This document shows, piece by piece, positions 26,401 through 38,400 of a DNA stretch of 64,000 bases. The notes beneath the pieces are model-generated. The model searched no databases. It had not been told where the DNA came from and saw nothing but the letters and a program-made list of their open reading frames with translations. Source of the DNA: Octopus sinensis (lineage: Eukaryota); the NCBI RefSeq assembly GCF_006345805.1, contig NC_043011.1:32314464-32378463 (forward strand), written 5' to 3'. Position 1 is the first letter of the stretch. The number at the start of each line of letters is the position of its first letter. A program made the translations under genes and the position numbers.

Positions 26401-26658
26401 CTTGCCTAGGGCAAACAAGAATAACAGCTGCACATCCTAACACCTTATCCCATTTCACATTTTAAGGGGTAATATATCTCAGGTAACAGAACTTACTCCT
26501 GCAGGGGCCTTCTTCCAAACTTCTTCCACAAAGAATTTTGTAAACTGGAAGTCATAAATCCATTGGTGTTTGGAAATAAAGTTGAAGAGTTGTGTAATGT
26601 GGTCCTCTTTAACTATGTGTTCATGTTGTAGTAAAGTGTCGGCAATGTGGTTGCTCAT
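10015..26658 (-). CDS. METTL25/METTL25B(RRNAD1)-family SAM-dependent methyltransferase, ~469 aa. Coding exons: 26658-26497, 24118-24053, 21207-20986, 19812-19707, 19604-19323, 15703-15574, 15319-15228, 13780-13673, 11862-11777, 10170-10015
   Basis: All introns are GT-AG with consistent phases; 1410 nt including the stop. Family motifs: MKKKHEI, LVDVGSGLGY (SAM motif I), GLHCCGDL, SCCYHKM, FPMS, ETLIHYDRLAFLQE, LFNEQISPRN. The paralog is uncertain: length and the SPRN C-terminus favour METTL25B. An acceptor 7 nt before the ATG implies an upstream 5'-UTR exon. Confidence 0.9.
10558..11037 (+). mobile_element. CR1-clade LINE 3' fragment with (ATT)n tail
   Basis: LESVQRRATK..., [27 protein letters not shown]. 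Confidence 0.85.
11236..11727 (+). mobile_element. RTE 3'-UTR fragment with several hairpin units
   Basis: Homologous to the RTE tail; ends in (GAT)n. Confidence 0.85.
12122..12384. mobile_element. MITE with internal 'ttcac' repeats and a 9-bp TSD, inserted into a TTAA-type MITE
   Basis: tgaatgcta at 12113-12121 and 12385-12393; imperfect inverted termini. Confidence 0.65.
13833..13912 (+). mobile_element. R4/Dong-like restriction-like endonuclease fragment
   Basis: Translates MPIHADREIKANRPDIIVRDHEEKKC (RPDI motif) and abuts a (TAA)n tract. Confidence 0.6.
15778..16190 (-). mobile_element. SINE family A, near full length
   Basis: Matches the other family A copies. Confidence 0.9.
16447..16779. 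repeat. ~166-bp near-perfect tandem duplication
   Basis: Copies start at 16447 and 16613 and differ at about two positions. Confidence 0.9.
16969..17445 (+). mobile_element. tRNA-derived SINE, family B (ggcgagctggcagaa...gttcaaattccgccgaggtcgac...), tandem and partial copies
   Basis: A/B-box-like head and the conserved body ggggtcgataaattaagtaccag. Confidence 0.85.
18214..18943 (+). mobile_element. RTE 3' end with about six to seven ~60-bp hairpin units and (GAT)n tail
   Basis: Starts with the ORF C-terminus (agagacctttggagata...gagaagacc), followed by tandem units and the conserved tail. Confidence 0.88.
21376..21887. mobile_element. Tc1/mariner (pogo-like) MITE
   Basis: TIRs ctgtaaatccttgagtataatccac / gtggactatactcgaggatttacgg; TA at the right end. 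Confidence 0.8.
22010..22590 (-). mobile_element. RTE LINE 3' fragment, second family
   Basis: ORF 22147-22575 contains KGRVYQSCVRSTMLYGSEAW and VRWFGHVLR. Confidence 0.88.
23240..23962 (-). mobile_element. Non-autonomous Helitron-like element; related copy at 48769-49100 (+)
   Basis: 5' TCTATAT... start followed by a (TG)-rich tract; body shared with 48769-49060. Confidence 0.5.
24391..24745. mobile_element. Element with ~50-bp terminal inverted repeats (MITE or Penelope-like inverted remnant)
   Basis: aggcaaaattaatagaggacacataagtgaccgaaggtactgaccagcacc is mirrored at 24695-24745. Confidence 0.75.
25619..25872 (+). mobile_element. RTE (BovB-like) 3' fragment
   Basis: WEKAANDR...FKCSCCMRDC...GLYRHRRQC C-terminal zinc-finger-like motif. 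Confidence 0.7.
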
Positions 26659-26729
26659 TCTTTATCTGAAAAAAAATAATTTTCTGAATTATTTTACGGC
26701 AAAAGAATTATAGCATAAATATTGGTTTC

Positions 26730-27238
26730 GAAGTTTCATTTTTTCAGGGTCAATAAAAGAAGTACCAGTTGTGTACATAGGTTGATGTTATCAACTAAAA
26801 ACCTCCACAAAATTTCAGCCCTTGTGCCTATAGTAGAAAGAGTTATTAGTATTATTAGTATCATTAAGGTGGCAAGGTGGTAGAATCATTAACACACTGG
26901 ACAAAAAGCTTAAGAGCATCTTTTCTGTCATTATGTTCTGGGTTCAAATCCCACCAAAGTCATCTCTGCTTTTTATCTTTTCGGGGTCGATAAAAGAAGC
27001 AACAGTCAAACACAGGGGTCGATGTAACTGACATGTCCTCTCTCCTGAAATTGCTGGCCTTTTGACAAAATTTGAAACCATAACTATTATTATTATTAGT
27101 AGTAGTAATTCTGCCAAGTTCCACTTAGCCTTTCATTTTTTGGGGGTTGATAGCATAAGTACCAGTTGAGTACTGGGGGTGATGTAATCAACAATCCCCT
27201 TCCCCCAAATTTCAGGCCTTGTGCCTATAGTAGAAAGG

Positions 27239-27272
<34 letters not shown>

Positions 27273-27900
27273 GGTCAACTTTACTTTTCATCCTTTCAGT
27301 GTTGATAAATTAAGTACCAGTGAAACACTGGGGTCAATGTAATCGATTTAATTCCCTCCCACAAGCTGCCCTTAAGGCAAAAATTTGAAATCTTTATTAT
27401 TATTATCATTATTCCACTGTCATTTTGCCTTTCAACCTTTTGGGGTCAATAAATTAAGTACCAGTGAAACAGTGGGGTCAATATAATCGACTTAATCCCC
27501 TCCCACAAGCTGCTCTTGAGGCAAAAATTTGAAATCATTATTATTATTATTATTCTGCTGAGGTTGACTTTGCCTTTCATCCCTTTGGAGCTGATAAAAT
27601 TAAGTACCAGTGAAACACAGGGGTTGATGTAATCAACTAGTCCCCTCCTTGCAAATTTCAGGCCTTGCACCCTGAGTAGAAAGGATTATTATTATTATTA
27701 TTATTATAAAGGTAGCAAGCTCACTGAATCATTAATATATTGGACAAAATGCTTAGCAGTATTTCTTTTGACTGTTTATGTCCTGAGTTCAAATACTGCT
27801 GAGGTCAACTTCGCTCATCATCCTTTGAGGGGGTCAATGAAATAAAGTGCCAGTCAAGTATAGGGGTTGATGTAATTGACCATATCTTTACCCTTAAAAA
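26730..27900 (+). repeat. Head-to-tail array of SINE family B copies and fragments separated by (ATT)n
   Basis: About seven recurrences of the gataaa...aagtaccag...ggggt(c/t)gatgtaatc body. Confidence 0.85.
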
Positions 27901-28039
27901 ATGGTATATCCACCCTAAAAACAAAGACACACACAGATATTCCGTAAACTGAGATATAAGCCATAGCACCGTAAATTTTTATGCTAGCATTTAATGGTCT
28001 ACAAGATGGAAAACATTTCACCATTTAGCATTCAAATTA

Positions 28040-28450
28040 CTCTTACTCTCTCTTTAACTCTTTTACTTGTTTCAGTCATTTGACTGCGGCCATGCTGGAG
28101 CACCGCCTTTAGTTGAGCAAATTGACCCAGGACTTATTCTTTGTAAACCCAGTACTTATTCTATCGGTGTCTTTTGCCGAACCGCTAAGTTACGGGGACG
28201 TAAACATACCAGCATCGGTTGTCAAGCAATGCTAGAGGGACAAACACAGACACACAAACATATACATACATACATATATATACATATATACGACAGGCTT
28301 CTTTCAGTTTCCGTTTACCAAATCCACTCGCAAGGCATTGGTCGGCCCGAGGCTATAGCAGAAGACACTTGCCCAAGATGCCATGCAGTGGGACTGAACC
28401 CAGAACCATGTGGTTGATAGGCAAGCTACTTACCACACAGCCACTCCTTG
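28040..28450 (-). mobile_element. SINE family A
   Basis: Matches the other family A copies. Confidence 0.9.
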
Positions 28451-28639
28451 CCTACTTTTTTTACAATAGGACAAATTTATATTATTTACTCTCAACCGAA
28501 GCAAGGCTCTACAACCTCACTACCTCCTGCCGGTTCCCGCCGCCAAAAAAGTAATGCTTGTTGTGTGACATTCACCATCATCGTTTAATGTCCGCTGACA
28601 GAATTGAAAGCATTTTGTTTTCTCGTGCTATTATTGGAT

Positions 28640-29024
28640 GGAAGCACTCCGTCGGTTATGACGACGAGGGTTCTGGTTGATCCGAATCAACGGAACAGCC
28701 TGCTCGTGAAATTAACGTGTAAGTGGCTGAGCACTCCACAGACACGTGTACCCTTAACGTAGTTCTCGGGGATATTCAGCGTGACACAGAGAGTGACAAG
28801 GCCGGCCCCTTGAAATACAGGTACAACAGAAACAGGAAGTAAAAGTGAGAGAAAGTTGTGGTGAAAGAGTACAGCAGGGATCACCACCATTCCTGCCGAA
28901 GCTTCGTGGAGCTTTTAGGTGTTTTCGCTCAATAAACACTCACAACGCCCGGTCTGGGAATCGAAACCGCGATCCTATGACCGCGAGTCTGCTGCCCTAA
29001 CCACTGGGCCATTGCGCCTCCACC
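28640..29024 (-). mobile_element. tRNA-derived SINE, family C
   Basis: Head ggtggaggcgcaatggcccagtggttagg...ggtttcgattcc with A and B boxes; high CpG content suggests a young copy. Confidence 0.75.
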
Positions 29025-30304
29025 CGTGCTATTATTACAATAATTAATGAATGATCATTGATTCAATATGAAATATTATTGTTACAAAAACAGTAGTATC
29101 TTTCTTTTTATTTTTCATTACAATCTTAAATCTTTGATAAAATTTAAAAAATGATTGTTTAAATAAACCTATTTCAAGAAAGTATCAAGCAGCTGCGAGA
29201 TAAAAGTCTGCGGCCCACAGCCTTGATCTAACGTGTCTTCTCTTTTTTAAAAGACAGTAGAGTGTGATCTGAAAGAGGATTAGCTGCTATTTCTAGCAGA
29301 TCCAGAAACCATGTAAAGATACCCTCATTAGTTTGGACAGTAATTACTGAATCATTAGCATCTCTAAATTGGAACAGAGGAACAATTTTTATAGATTTTA
29401 TGTTGGGAAAAAAATGCTCATTTCCAGATATCTGTTGAAAATATTGATTATGTAGCTTACTTATCAAGTGGACGTTATGCTTGATTATGGATAATGATAT
29501 TTCATGATAAAATGTAAAACATTGTTAAGCCCCAGACCAGTAGCAGAAACTTATTTTTACATAATTCATTACTACCTGACTGATAGCATCTCTTCAGCCT
29601 CCCCAACTTGTGCATCTCCCTCCCCTCAACCTTGCCCCAATCTTTTCAGATGTTGTCTACTTCCTCTTCCACTATCTCTTTCCTCAAACACTCTTGCCCC
29701 CCCTCCCATTATTGTTCCTGCTACTTGGAGCGCCACTTGGACACCTCATCACCACTGGCTATCTCCTTGGAGATATTTCTAATTCATTCTCTCTTACTCC
29801 CCTAAATGTGTGTAGTCATGTAACCCCTATACAGCAGGAACCTCGCTCTACCTTCAACTTCTTCCCTCATACCTTAAACCCCATCTAACATACAGATGCA
29901 ATATATTCTCTCTCTGGGTTTGACCTGTGAGCTACATGGTGATCTCAAGAGTGCCAGTGGCATGAAACAAAAGCACTCAGTACATACTATAAAATGGTAA
30001 GTGTTAGGAAGAGCATCTGGCCATAGAAACCATGCCAAAGTAGACACTGGAGTATGATGTAGTCCTCTGATGCATCAGTTCCTGTCAAACTGTCCAACCT
30101 ATGCCATTATGGAATATCATCATCATCATTTAGTGTCCGTTGTCTGCTAAATGATGATGATGTTCCATTTTGGCACAGGTTGGACAGTTTAACAGGAACT
30201 GATGAATCTAAAGATTACATCATACTCCAGTGTCTAATGGCCAGATGCCCTTCCTAACACCTACCATTTTACACTGTGTACTGAGTGCCTTTGTTTCATG
30301 CCAC

Positions 30305-30729
30305 CAGTGCTGGATTGACCCATTAAGCAAAATAAGCATGTGCTTAGGGCATCAAAGGATGGGGGCACCACAGTAATGAAAATGGTTTACGACACTAAAG
30401 AAATCACTTTAAACTTGCTAAAATAATATTCGTGATGCCTTATCTCTACTAAGTATAGAAGCAGAAATTTTACGTAAAATTAATTTTAACAATATTGAAG
30501 ACTTTGCAATTAAATTAAAAAAAAGAGAAAACTTTTCAAATATAAATAAAGTGGGATTATACAAAAATGAACATTATTTTCCATTTTACTGTTGGTTTTG
30601 TTTCATTTTGAAAAATAAAAAATTATTTTATGGTTTATTATTGTTTACATTTTGAACCATTTATGTATACTTGAGGGCACCAAAACCTTTTAAGTGCTGA
30701 GGGCCTCTATGGGTGTTAATCTAGCCCTG
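30305..30729. mobile_element. hAT-like MITE with an 8-bp TSD
   Basis: TSD catgccac at 30297-30304 and 30730-30737; termini cagtgctggatt / aatctagccctg. Confidence 0.8.
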
Positions 30730-31199
30730 CATGCCACTGAAAGATGCTAAATGATGGATGATGAATTTATAGGTTTAAATTCTTTGAAAACTATAAAATC
30801 TTCTTACTGACATTTTCCCTTATTTTTTAGAATTTATTTTATAAGTTAGTGAGTATGTCTGTGTGCAGTTGGGGTGGGTGGGGTGTGGAGCCCAGGGATT
30901 TTATGGTTTCTTTCAGATTGGTGAAAATGATATACTGATACTTAGCTTGACTATTTGTAGGTTGATATCTGCAGGAAAAGTGTGGGTTGGGAGAGAATTA
31001 GAGTTTGGTTTGAATGACTGTAACGAGTCGGACCCCACAGCTACTTGGATTAAGCTAAAATATCATGCGGTTGGGTAACATTTTCTTTTTCACTTCTATT
31101 CTAAACAGGACTCATATACTAATAACTTAGACTTCTCCAGGACAATATGAAAATATGAGAAACTGTCGCTATCTACCAAGCTACCTATATATGTAGCTA

Positions 31200-31537
31200 C
31201 CATAAAATATTCCTGGATGCCGCAGTTAATGAGAGGGTCACTGCTTCCGTAGCCGAACGGAAGAAAAACCTGAAGCATCGGGACCTGACAGTGAACTATC
31301 TCTTCCAACCTGTGGCGTTTGAGACGTTCGTAGGGACTGGGCCACTAACCGCGAAGTTCTCGTCAACGTTGGCAGCTCACCTCACCGATGTGTCAGGTGA
31401 TGCTCGTGAGGGTGTTTGGCTTTCCCAACTCCTTAGCCTCGCAATCGCCCGTGGTAATGCCGTGAGCGTGATGGATTGCTTCAATAGGTTCCGTTAAACC
31501 TTACGGTGTGCGACCAGTTGAGATAAAAAAAAAAAAA
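31200..31537 (+). mobile_element. CRE-like (restriction-like endonuclease) non-LTR retrotransposon 3' end with poly(A)
   Basis: FQPVAFETFVGTG...SGDAREGVWLSQLLSLAIARGNAVSV, then a short UTR and an A-tract. Confidence 0.7.
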
Positions 31538-31799
31538 TCCCACAAATGGTTTCAATACAGTTTTGTACCCAATTTACTATTTTGCTCGTGTGGACCCCCA
31601 AGGGTCATATGGACCTTGGTTGAGAATCATGGGTCTAAGGAATTTTGACCGTCATCATCCCATCTTTTTTTTTTTTGGATGGGCGAGAATATTGTCAAGG
31701 ACTACATCCAATAAGTAGCTTCCATATTTAAACCGGTGGAATATGATTTGAGGCAGGTTTGGCTGTTGTTTCTAGAGTGCCGAGTAACCAGTAAAGGCT

Positions 31800-32433
31800 T
31801 CCTCGTGCTGTAGTACCGATCTATATTAAAAGGAAAATACCACGTAATCTGGAAAGAAGTCATATTTAATAATGATCCAATGCCGGAAGGGGATTATATC
31901 ACATGTCTGGAGACAATAATTCTTCCAAAATATCGTCTTCTTGTCTCAATGTGCAGAGGGACAGAAGGACAGGGTGTGTACGAATATTGCTTTTTGTTTT
32001 GAAAGACGCACGTGTACATTTTTCACTAAAATGTGACATGTTTAGCGATTAATTCATTAAATGAATATATTTCCCCTTCAGACAGATTTAAATAATAAAA
32101 GAAATAATGATAATTAAAATAATTAAAAAAAAAAAGGTTCATTCAAAGAAATGTAGAGGACGAACCCGTTAAGTTAGCATTAAGGAATTGGTGGAGCTGA
32201 TAATATAAATAAGTGTGAACATGTAGTTTCGAACAAAGTAAGTCTGATTGGTTTTAGTGAAAGTAGATTTCGAAGAATAAAAGCATTGCAGTAAAACATG
32301 AAACAGCGAAAAACAAAATAATTATTATTTTAGATTCTATTAAATGGTTATCTAAAAAGAAATTAAAAGAATATGATGTAATACGGTTGGGAAGGATGAA
32401 AAAGTGAAGAAGTTAGCTTTACTTAGCAACAAG
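31800..32433. promoter_or_regulatory. Putative bidirectional promoter region for EXOSC3 and the METTL25-family gene
   Basis: Repeat-free region upstream of divergent genes, with CCAAT (31877), CCGGAAG (31883), CACGTG (32009) and ATTGG (~32246). TSSs are not determinable from sequence. Confidence 0.4.
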
Positions 32434-35400
32434 ATGGCGAACGACGTGCTAACTTGTGTTGATCAATTATTCCTTCCCGGTGAAATTATTCAGGATTTGA
32501 AAGATATCGATGAACAAGAGAATAAAATAGTGTTAGGGCCAGGATTACGGGTTCAGGAAAAACAAGTATTAGTGACAAAGCCTGGAATTCTTCGTTTTAA
32601 AGAAAATAACACCTACTGGATTGACTGTCACCAACGTAGGGTATGTAGTCGCTTTCATAGACTGCACGTATTTCTTGATATATGCAAAATAAAAAAAATT
32701 AATTACAAATGGGTGCAAGCATGGCTGTGGGATTTGGAAGTTCGTTGTGCAACCACATAGTTTTGGATTCGATTCTACTGCGCAGAATCTTCAGCAAGTG
32801 ACTTCTACCACGGCTTGGTTGACCATTACTTTGTATGGGGAATTGATCGACGGAAGCTTGTGGTGTATGAATGCACACAGACACACACATACACGCACAC
32901 ACACGACTTACTTTCATTATCGAATATTTTCATTGTTTAAATACTGTAATATCTCGATTGTTTACCTTTTAACAAGAGCGACATGCCTACGTCAACAAAA
33001 GCAATCTTGACTAAAAAGATCCAAATGTACCGTTAACGAGGGGAAAAATACGTGAAGCCGGTACATTTGCAATATTTGTTTTACTATAACCTTCAGAAGT
33101 GCAGTTAATCTAATGATTGTCCATCGAGAACCTGAAGCTAACGATGCTATTGTTCACCAATTACCATGTACAATAAATCAAATAAATCGTTAATCTTTAA
33201 GTTTTATCTACTCGATAATTTGAACTGGGCACAACGAGTGAATGTGTGAGTTGCTATGTCAGCTGTTTGTTCTACAAACATATACATTGGTAGTGGGGTT
33301 AACGGCATCAGAGGGTTTACTGTGTAAGGTTAAATATACAGAATTGAAGAAGGAGAGTCTGCATCAAAGTAGCCATTTAATCTGCTAAAGTTTAATTTTC
33401 ACCTAATAGATAATTTCTATTTCTAGCGGCACGTGTAATCGCTCAGTTTTCCTCATTGTGTCGTTAGAATTTGAGGAGAGTACTAAAAATCTGCATTGCC
33501 TTTCTAATTCTCTCATGAAGGGGTCTACTCAAAACATTTAACTGAGCTCAAGTTGAAAAGATGAATGTGTATTATAGGCATTGGTCAACGAACGCAAGAG
33601 ATGGTGATGTAATTTGAATGGATGTCAGCTGAACATACATTTTTGGATACAAGAATTTAAAACCAAATCTATAAATAAAAAGTAATATCCAAAGAACAAA
33701 CTACTGTGAACATTAGTTACTGAACATTAGCGTGTTATATGGAACTTTGTACATTCTAGTACATTTAGTGATTCTCTCATAAATATGGTATGGTCAGTGT
33801 TTCACTGAGGAGATCTAATAAGACTGAAACATGTCTGGCATTGTTTTCTCTGCTTATTAAAAGAAGCAAAGTCATTGACTAATATTTTTTCTTCGCCACA
33901 TAGTTGTTTCTAGTTAGCTTTTCATCATACAAAGTTGCAAAAAGTGTTAGTGGCAGCAAATCACAATGACTACATGACTGGCAAGGGAATCACAGGGCTA
34001 ACCTCTGCTTTAGCAAGAGAAATGGCCCTTAAACATTTATTGTTGTTCTTTTCTTTTTTATTTCCTTGTATTAAATATGTTAAGACTATTGTGTAACCAA
34101 CTAATGTGTATACGAAAGGCTTCACATATGAGATCCTATAAAATTAAGAAACACAGAGAGCTGTTACTTTGTAACTTGGCCATTTTCACTTCATTATAGA
34201 AAAGCAATATGTGAGCAGTGATGATGGCGAAAGCAATATTTTAAATCATCATCACCATTTAGCGTCTTTGTGTGTCATTTTGACAAAATGCTATGTAGAA
34301 AAAGAATATTTATTAATCAAACTACTTCAATATATACACGAGTAAGCACATAAATGCAAAACAAGGAAGAATTACATGCGATGGTATATTCCATGTGCCA
34401 TCACAAATTTATTCCATTCTTGATCACCGTTGTCTGACAAGCAGGAATGTGAAATTCGGAGTAGCAGTTTTTGCAGCTTTAATAAAACAGTATTTTGGGA
34501 CGGTCATTTTTTTTCTTGTTGCCAAATAAACACATGCACTGTATATATTTTCTTCACTCGTTTATTACTGTTCTTATTTTATTATTTTAACTCATGTCCA
34601 TTGTCCGGAAATCTTTCTTAGAAGACTAAAAAAGTACTTTAATACATATATATATATTTTGATTATTTTAAAGTATGTTCCTGTGCGAGGAGACCACGTA
34701 CTTGGAATCTGCACAATGAAAGCTGGAGATGTATTTCGAGTGGACATTGGAAGTAATGAACCTGCAGGATTATCATTTCTCTCTTTTGAAGGCTCCAACA
34801 AACGTAACAGACCAGATGTGAAAGTATGTATAACTAGTTGGTTTTTTTTTTTGTGATCTTTATGATATTGGCTTCAAAATTTGACCGGAGGCAACCAATT
34901 TTAGGGGAGGGGTAAGCAAATTAAATTGATCCCAGTTTATTGTTTTATCTTTTACTTGTTTCAGTCATTAGACTGCGGCCATGCTGGGGCACAACCTTGA
35001 AGAACTTTAGTTAGTTGAATGAATCAACCTCGGTACTTATTCTTATTAAGTCTGATATTTATTCTGTTGATTTGTTTTGTTGAACCACTAAGTTACGGGG
35101 ACATAAACACATCACCACTGGTTGTCAAGCGGTGCTGAGGGGGCAAATACAGACACACACACATGCACACATATATATTCGACAGACTTCTTTCAGTTTC
35201 TTATTTCTTTATTACCCACAAGTGGCTAAACATAGAGGGGACAAACAAGGACAGACAAAGAGATTAAGTCGATTACATCGACCCCGGTGCGTAACTGGTA
35301 CTTAATTTATTGACCCCAAAAGGATGAAAGACAAAATCTTCCTTGGCAGAATTTGAACTCCGAATGTAACGGCAGACGAAATACTGTTAAGCATTTTGCC

Positions 35401-38400
35401 CGTCGTGCTAACGATTCTGCCAGCTCGCTGCCTTCTTTCAGTTTCTGTCTTCCAAATCCACTTACATGGCTTTGGTTGGCCTGAGACTTCAGTGGAAGAC
35501 ACAAAGTCAGAAAACAGCACAGCTCCCATGACTTCAGCAAACATTTTTTCACGCTGAGAGTTGCTGAAGCATGGAACAAACTGTCGGCATCAGTTGTTAG
35601 TTGTCGGAGCACTGAATCCTTCAAAACTTCCAGGCTTTCTGAGATTCGCCAACACTACACCTGATTTTCTCCCCTCCATACACACACGGGCATGTATCTG
35701 TCTCATACATTGTTCGCTTTCCAGACATTTTTACATTACTGCATGTACTTTATATGCACTTTCTGACAAGTTGTGGTGCACCTGAGCACTGTATACAATA
35801 ATTTCATTATTATTATTATTATTATTATTATATTATTATTATTATTATTATAAGACACTTGTCCAAGGTGCCATGTTGTGAGACTGATCCTGGAACCTTA
35901 CAGTTGAGGAGCAAACTTCTTACCTCACAGCCACATCTCTTTCGTTTCTAAGTTTCTGTTGAAATTCACTGATTTTGTTTCAATTCATTTTGGAAATGAT
36001 GAAGAATTTAGTAAAATTACTCCATCAATATCAAGATGGTGTTTAGATCATAAGTTAAAATGAAATTTCAATGGATGATTTTAAGGCAGATTGCTTTAAA
36101 TCGAGAAATTTGTATTGTAGATCAGAGGTGGTCTCTGATGACTTGGTATTCAAAACGTTAACATAATTAAAAAAAAAAAAATTCCGTTGACAAATGAAAA
36201 ATAAAGAATTGATAATAACTCATTCCAGAAACATGAAGATGAAATAATTTTTTGTGTGCTACAGGTGTGGATGTAGCTCTGTGGTAAGAAATATATGGTT
36301 CCGGGTTCAATCTCACTGTGTAGAATGTTGGGCAAGTGTCTTCTACTATGGCCTTGGGAGTGGATTTAATAGATGGAAACTGAAAGAAGCTCTCTCTCTC
36401 TCTCTCTCTCTGTATTTATGTGTCTTTGTATATGTGTTTGTCCTCCAACACAACTTGAAAACCAGTGTTAGTTTGTTTACATCCCCATAACTTAGTGTTT
36501 AGCAAAATAGACTGATAAAAACGTATGGGGTTGATTTATTAGACTTAACCCATTAAGGCAGTGCCCCAGCATGGTCACAGTCCAGTGACTAAAACAAGGG
36601 AAAAATAACAGATATTAGTTAGGCATAAATTCCTTAATTTTCCCCTTTGTGTGCTCCTTGCAGTCCTGTGACTGAGATCTGTAAAAAATAGTTTGTTTCT
36701 TTCTTTTTAGGTTGGAGATTTATTGTATGGCAAAATATTGGTTGCTAATAAGGACATGGAATCAGAAATAGTTTGTATCAACAGTCAAGGCAAATCAGCT
36801 GGAATGGGTGTCATCAGAGATGGTGGATTCCTCTTCACTTGTCCTCTACATCTTGTACGCAAGTAAGTGTGCTTAGAATCCTTCTTTTCTTTCTTTAAGC
36901 CCTTTACTCCCTGAAGAGCATAGGCCATCAATGACTGTCCTCCACTGTTCTTGATTCTGGGATGTCTTTTCTGCTTTTCTTTGTAGCTTCTTTTCAGATT
37001 TTGCTGTACCATATCATGTTTCTCTGGGGAAAGGCCTTCCTCTCCCAGGTCTTGTTGGTTTTGAATTGACATCAATGCTTCTGTAACTTTACTTATTTTT
37101 TAGTTGGCAGTGTTGGCCCTAACATAAACCCATTTTTACGACTGGGAAGAGGTTGTGTGTATTAGTCTTAGCTCTATCTTTTCATCTGTCCGGCAAATAT
37201 TCTTTCTTTTAAGTTATTTAATAAGAAAACAGTTTCAAAACACTATCTCATTGATGCAGGACATAGTCCATACCAACATGTTGGTGGGCCATGTAGAATT
37301 TTAATTTTTCAAGACTATAAAAATTCAATATTAATTACTTATATTTTATGGCGTATCTAAATCATGAATACTGTATGGTATCATAGAAAACACATGCCAT
37401 AAAATGCATGAACCATCTAAATGTGTATGACAAATTGCTTGGTAGGACTCACTAAATATCCAGGTCCCTGATAGGAATCAAAACTTGCTAGTACACAGAA
37501 ATTATGTGTTAGATGTAGATTTACATTTGGTGGACCATGAAGTTTTTTCCTTGTGAATTATGTGGGCCACTTTCTGAAAAAATTTGTTTATCCTTGCTTC
37601 AGTGTATAAATGAATATCTATTGTGTTTAACTCCAAGTTAACCATGGTTAGGTAAATCTTTGATTTGAATCTAACTGGCTTCCGTGCCGATGGTACGTAA
37701 AAAGCACCATTCAAGCATGATCGTTACCAGTGACACCTTACTGGCACTTGTGCTGGTGGCATGTAAAAAAAAAAAACATTCAAGCGAAGTCATTGCCAGT
37801 GCCGCTGGACTGGCTCATGTGCAGGTGGCGCATAAAAAGCACCATTTGTGCGTGGCCGTGGCCAGTACCGCCTGACTGGTCCTCATGCTGGTAAAAGCAC
37901 CCACTACACTCTCGGAGTCATTGGCATTAGGAAGGGCTTCCAGTTGTAGAAACTCTGCCAGATCAGATTGGAGCCTGGTGCTGCCATCTGGTTCACCAGT
38001 TCTCAGTCAAATCGTCCAACCCATGCTAGCATGGAAAGCAGGCGTTAAACGCTGATGATGATGATGGTGATATTCTAGCCTTAACCATCATGCTTATTAA
38101 GGGATATAGAGGGCTACGTTAGGTCCTTCCTTTTTAAAAATTGTTGGGTGTGATTCAAGTGATATTTAGCTGCTGTTTCTTGCAGGTTGATTCTCCACAT
38201 AGAGAGGCTCCTCAGATTGTCATCTATCTGCTTAAGTTTTCGTCATTGTTTAATGTCTGTTTTCCATGCTGGTTTGGGTTAAACAGTTTGATACGAGCTG
38301 GCCAGCCAGAGAGCTGTCCAGACTCTAGTTGTCTGTTGTGGCATGGTTTCTACAGCTGGATGCCCTTTCTAATGCCAACCACTTTACCGAGTGTACTGGG

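Noticed and set aside
28945-29024. tRNA-like sequences (also at 50520-50595 and the SINE A/B heads)
   Set aside because: They continue into SINE bodies and lack a proper acceptor stem, so they are not tRNA genes.
31838-31863. Possible upstream coding exon of the methyltransferase (ATG ACT TCT TTC ... TG|gtattt)
   Set aside because: Splicing to 26665 creates an immediate TGA; at most this is a uORF or UTR exon.
32404-32760. ORF extensions before 32434 and after 32640
   Set aside because: EXOSC3 homology starts at ATG 32434 and ends at the GT donor at 32641.
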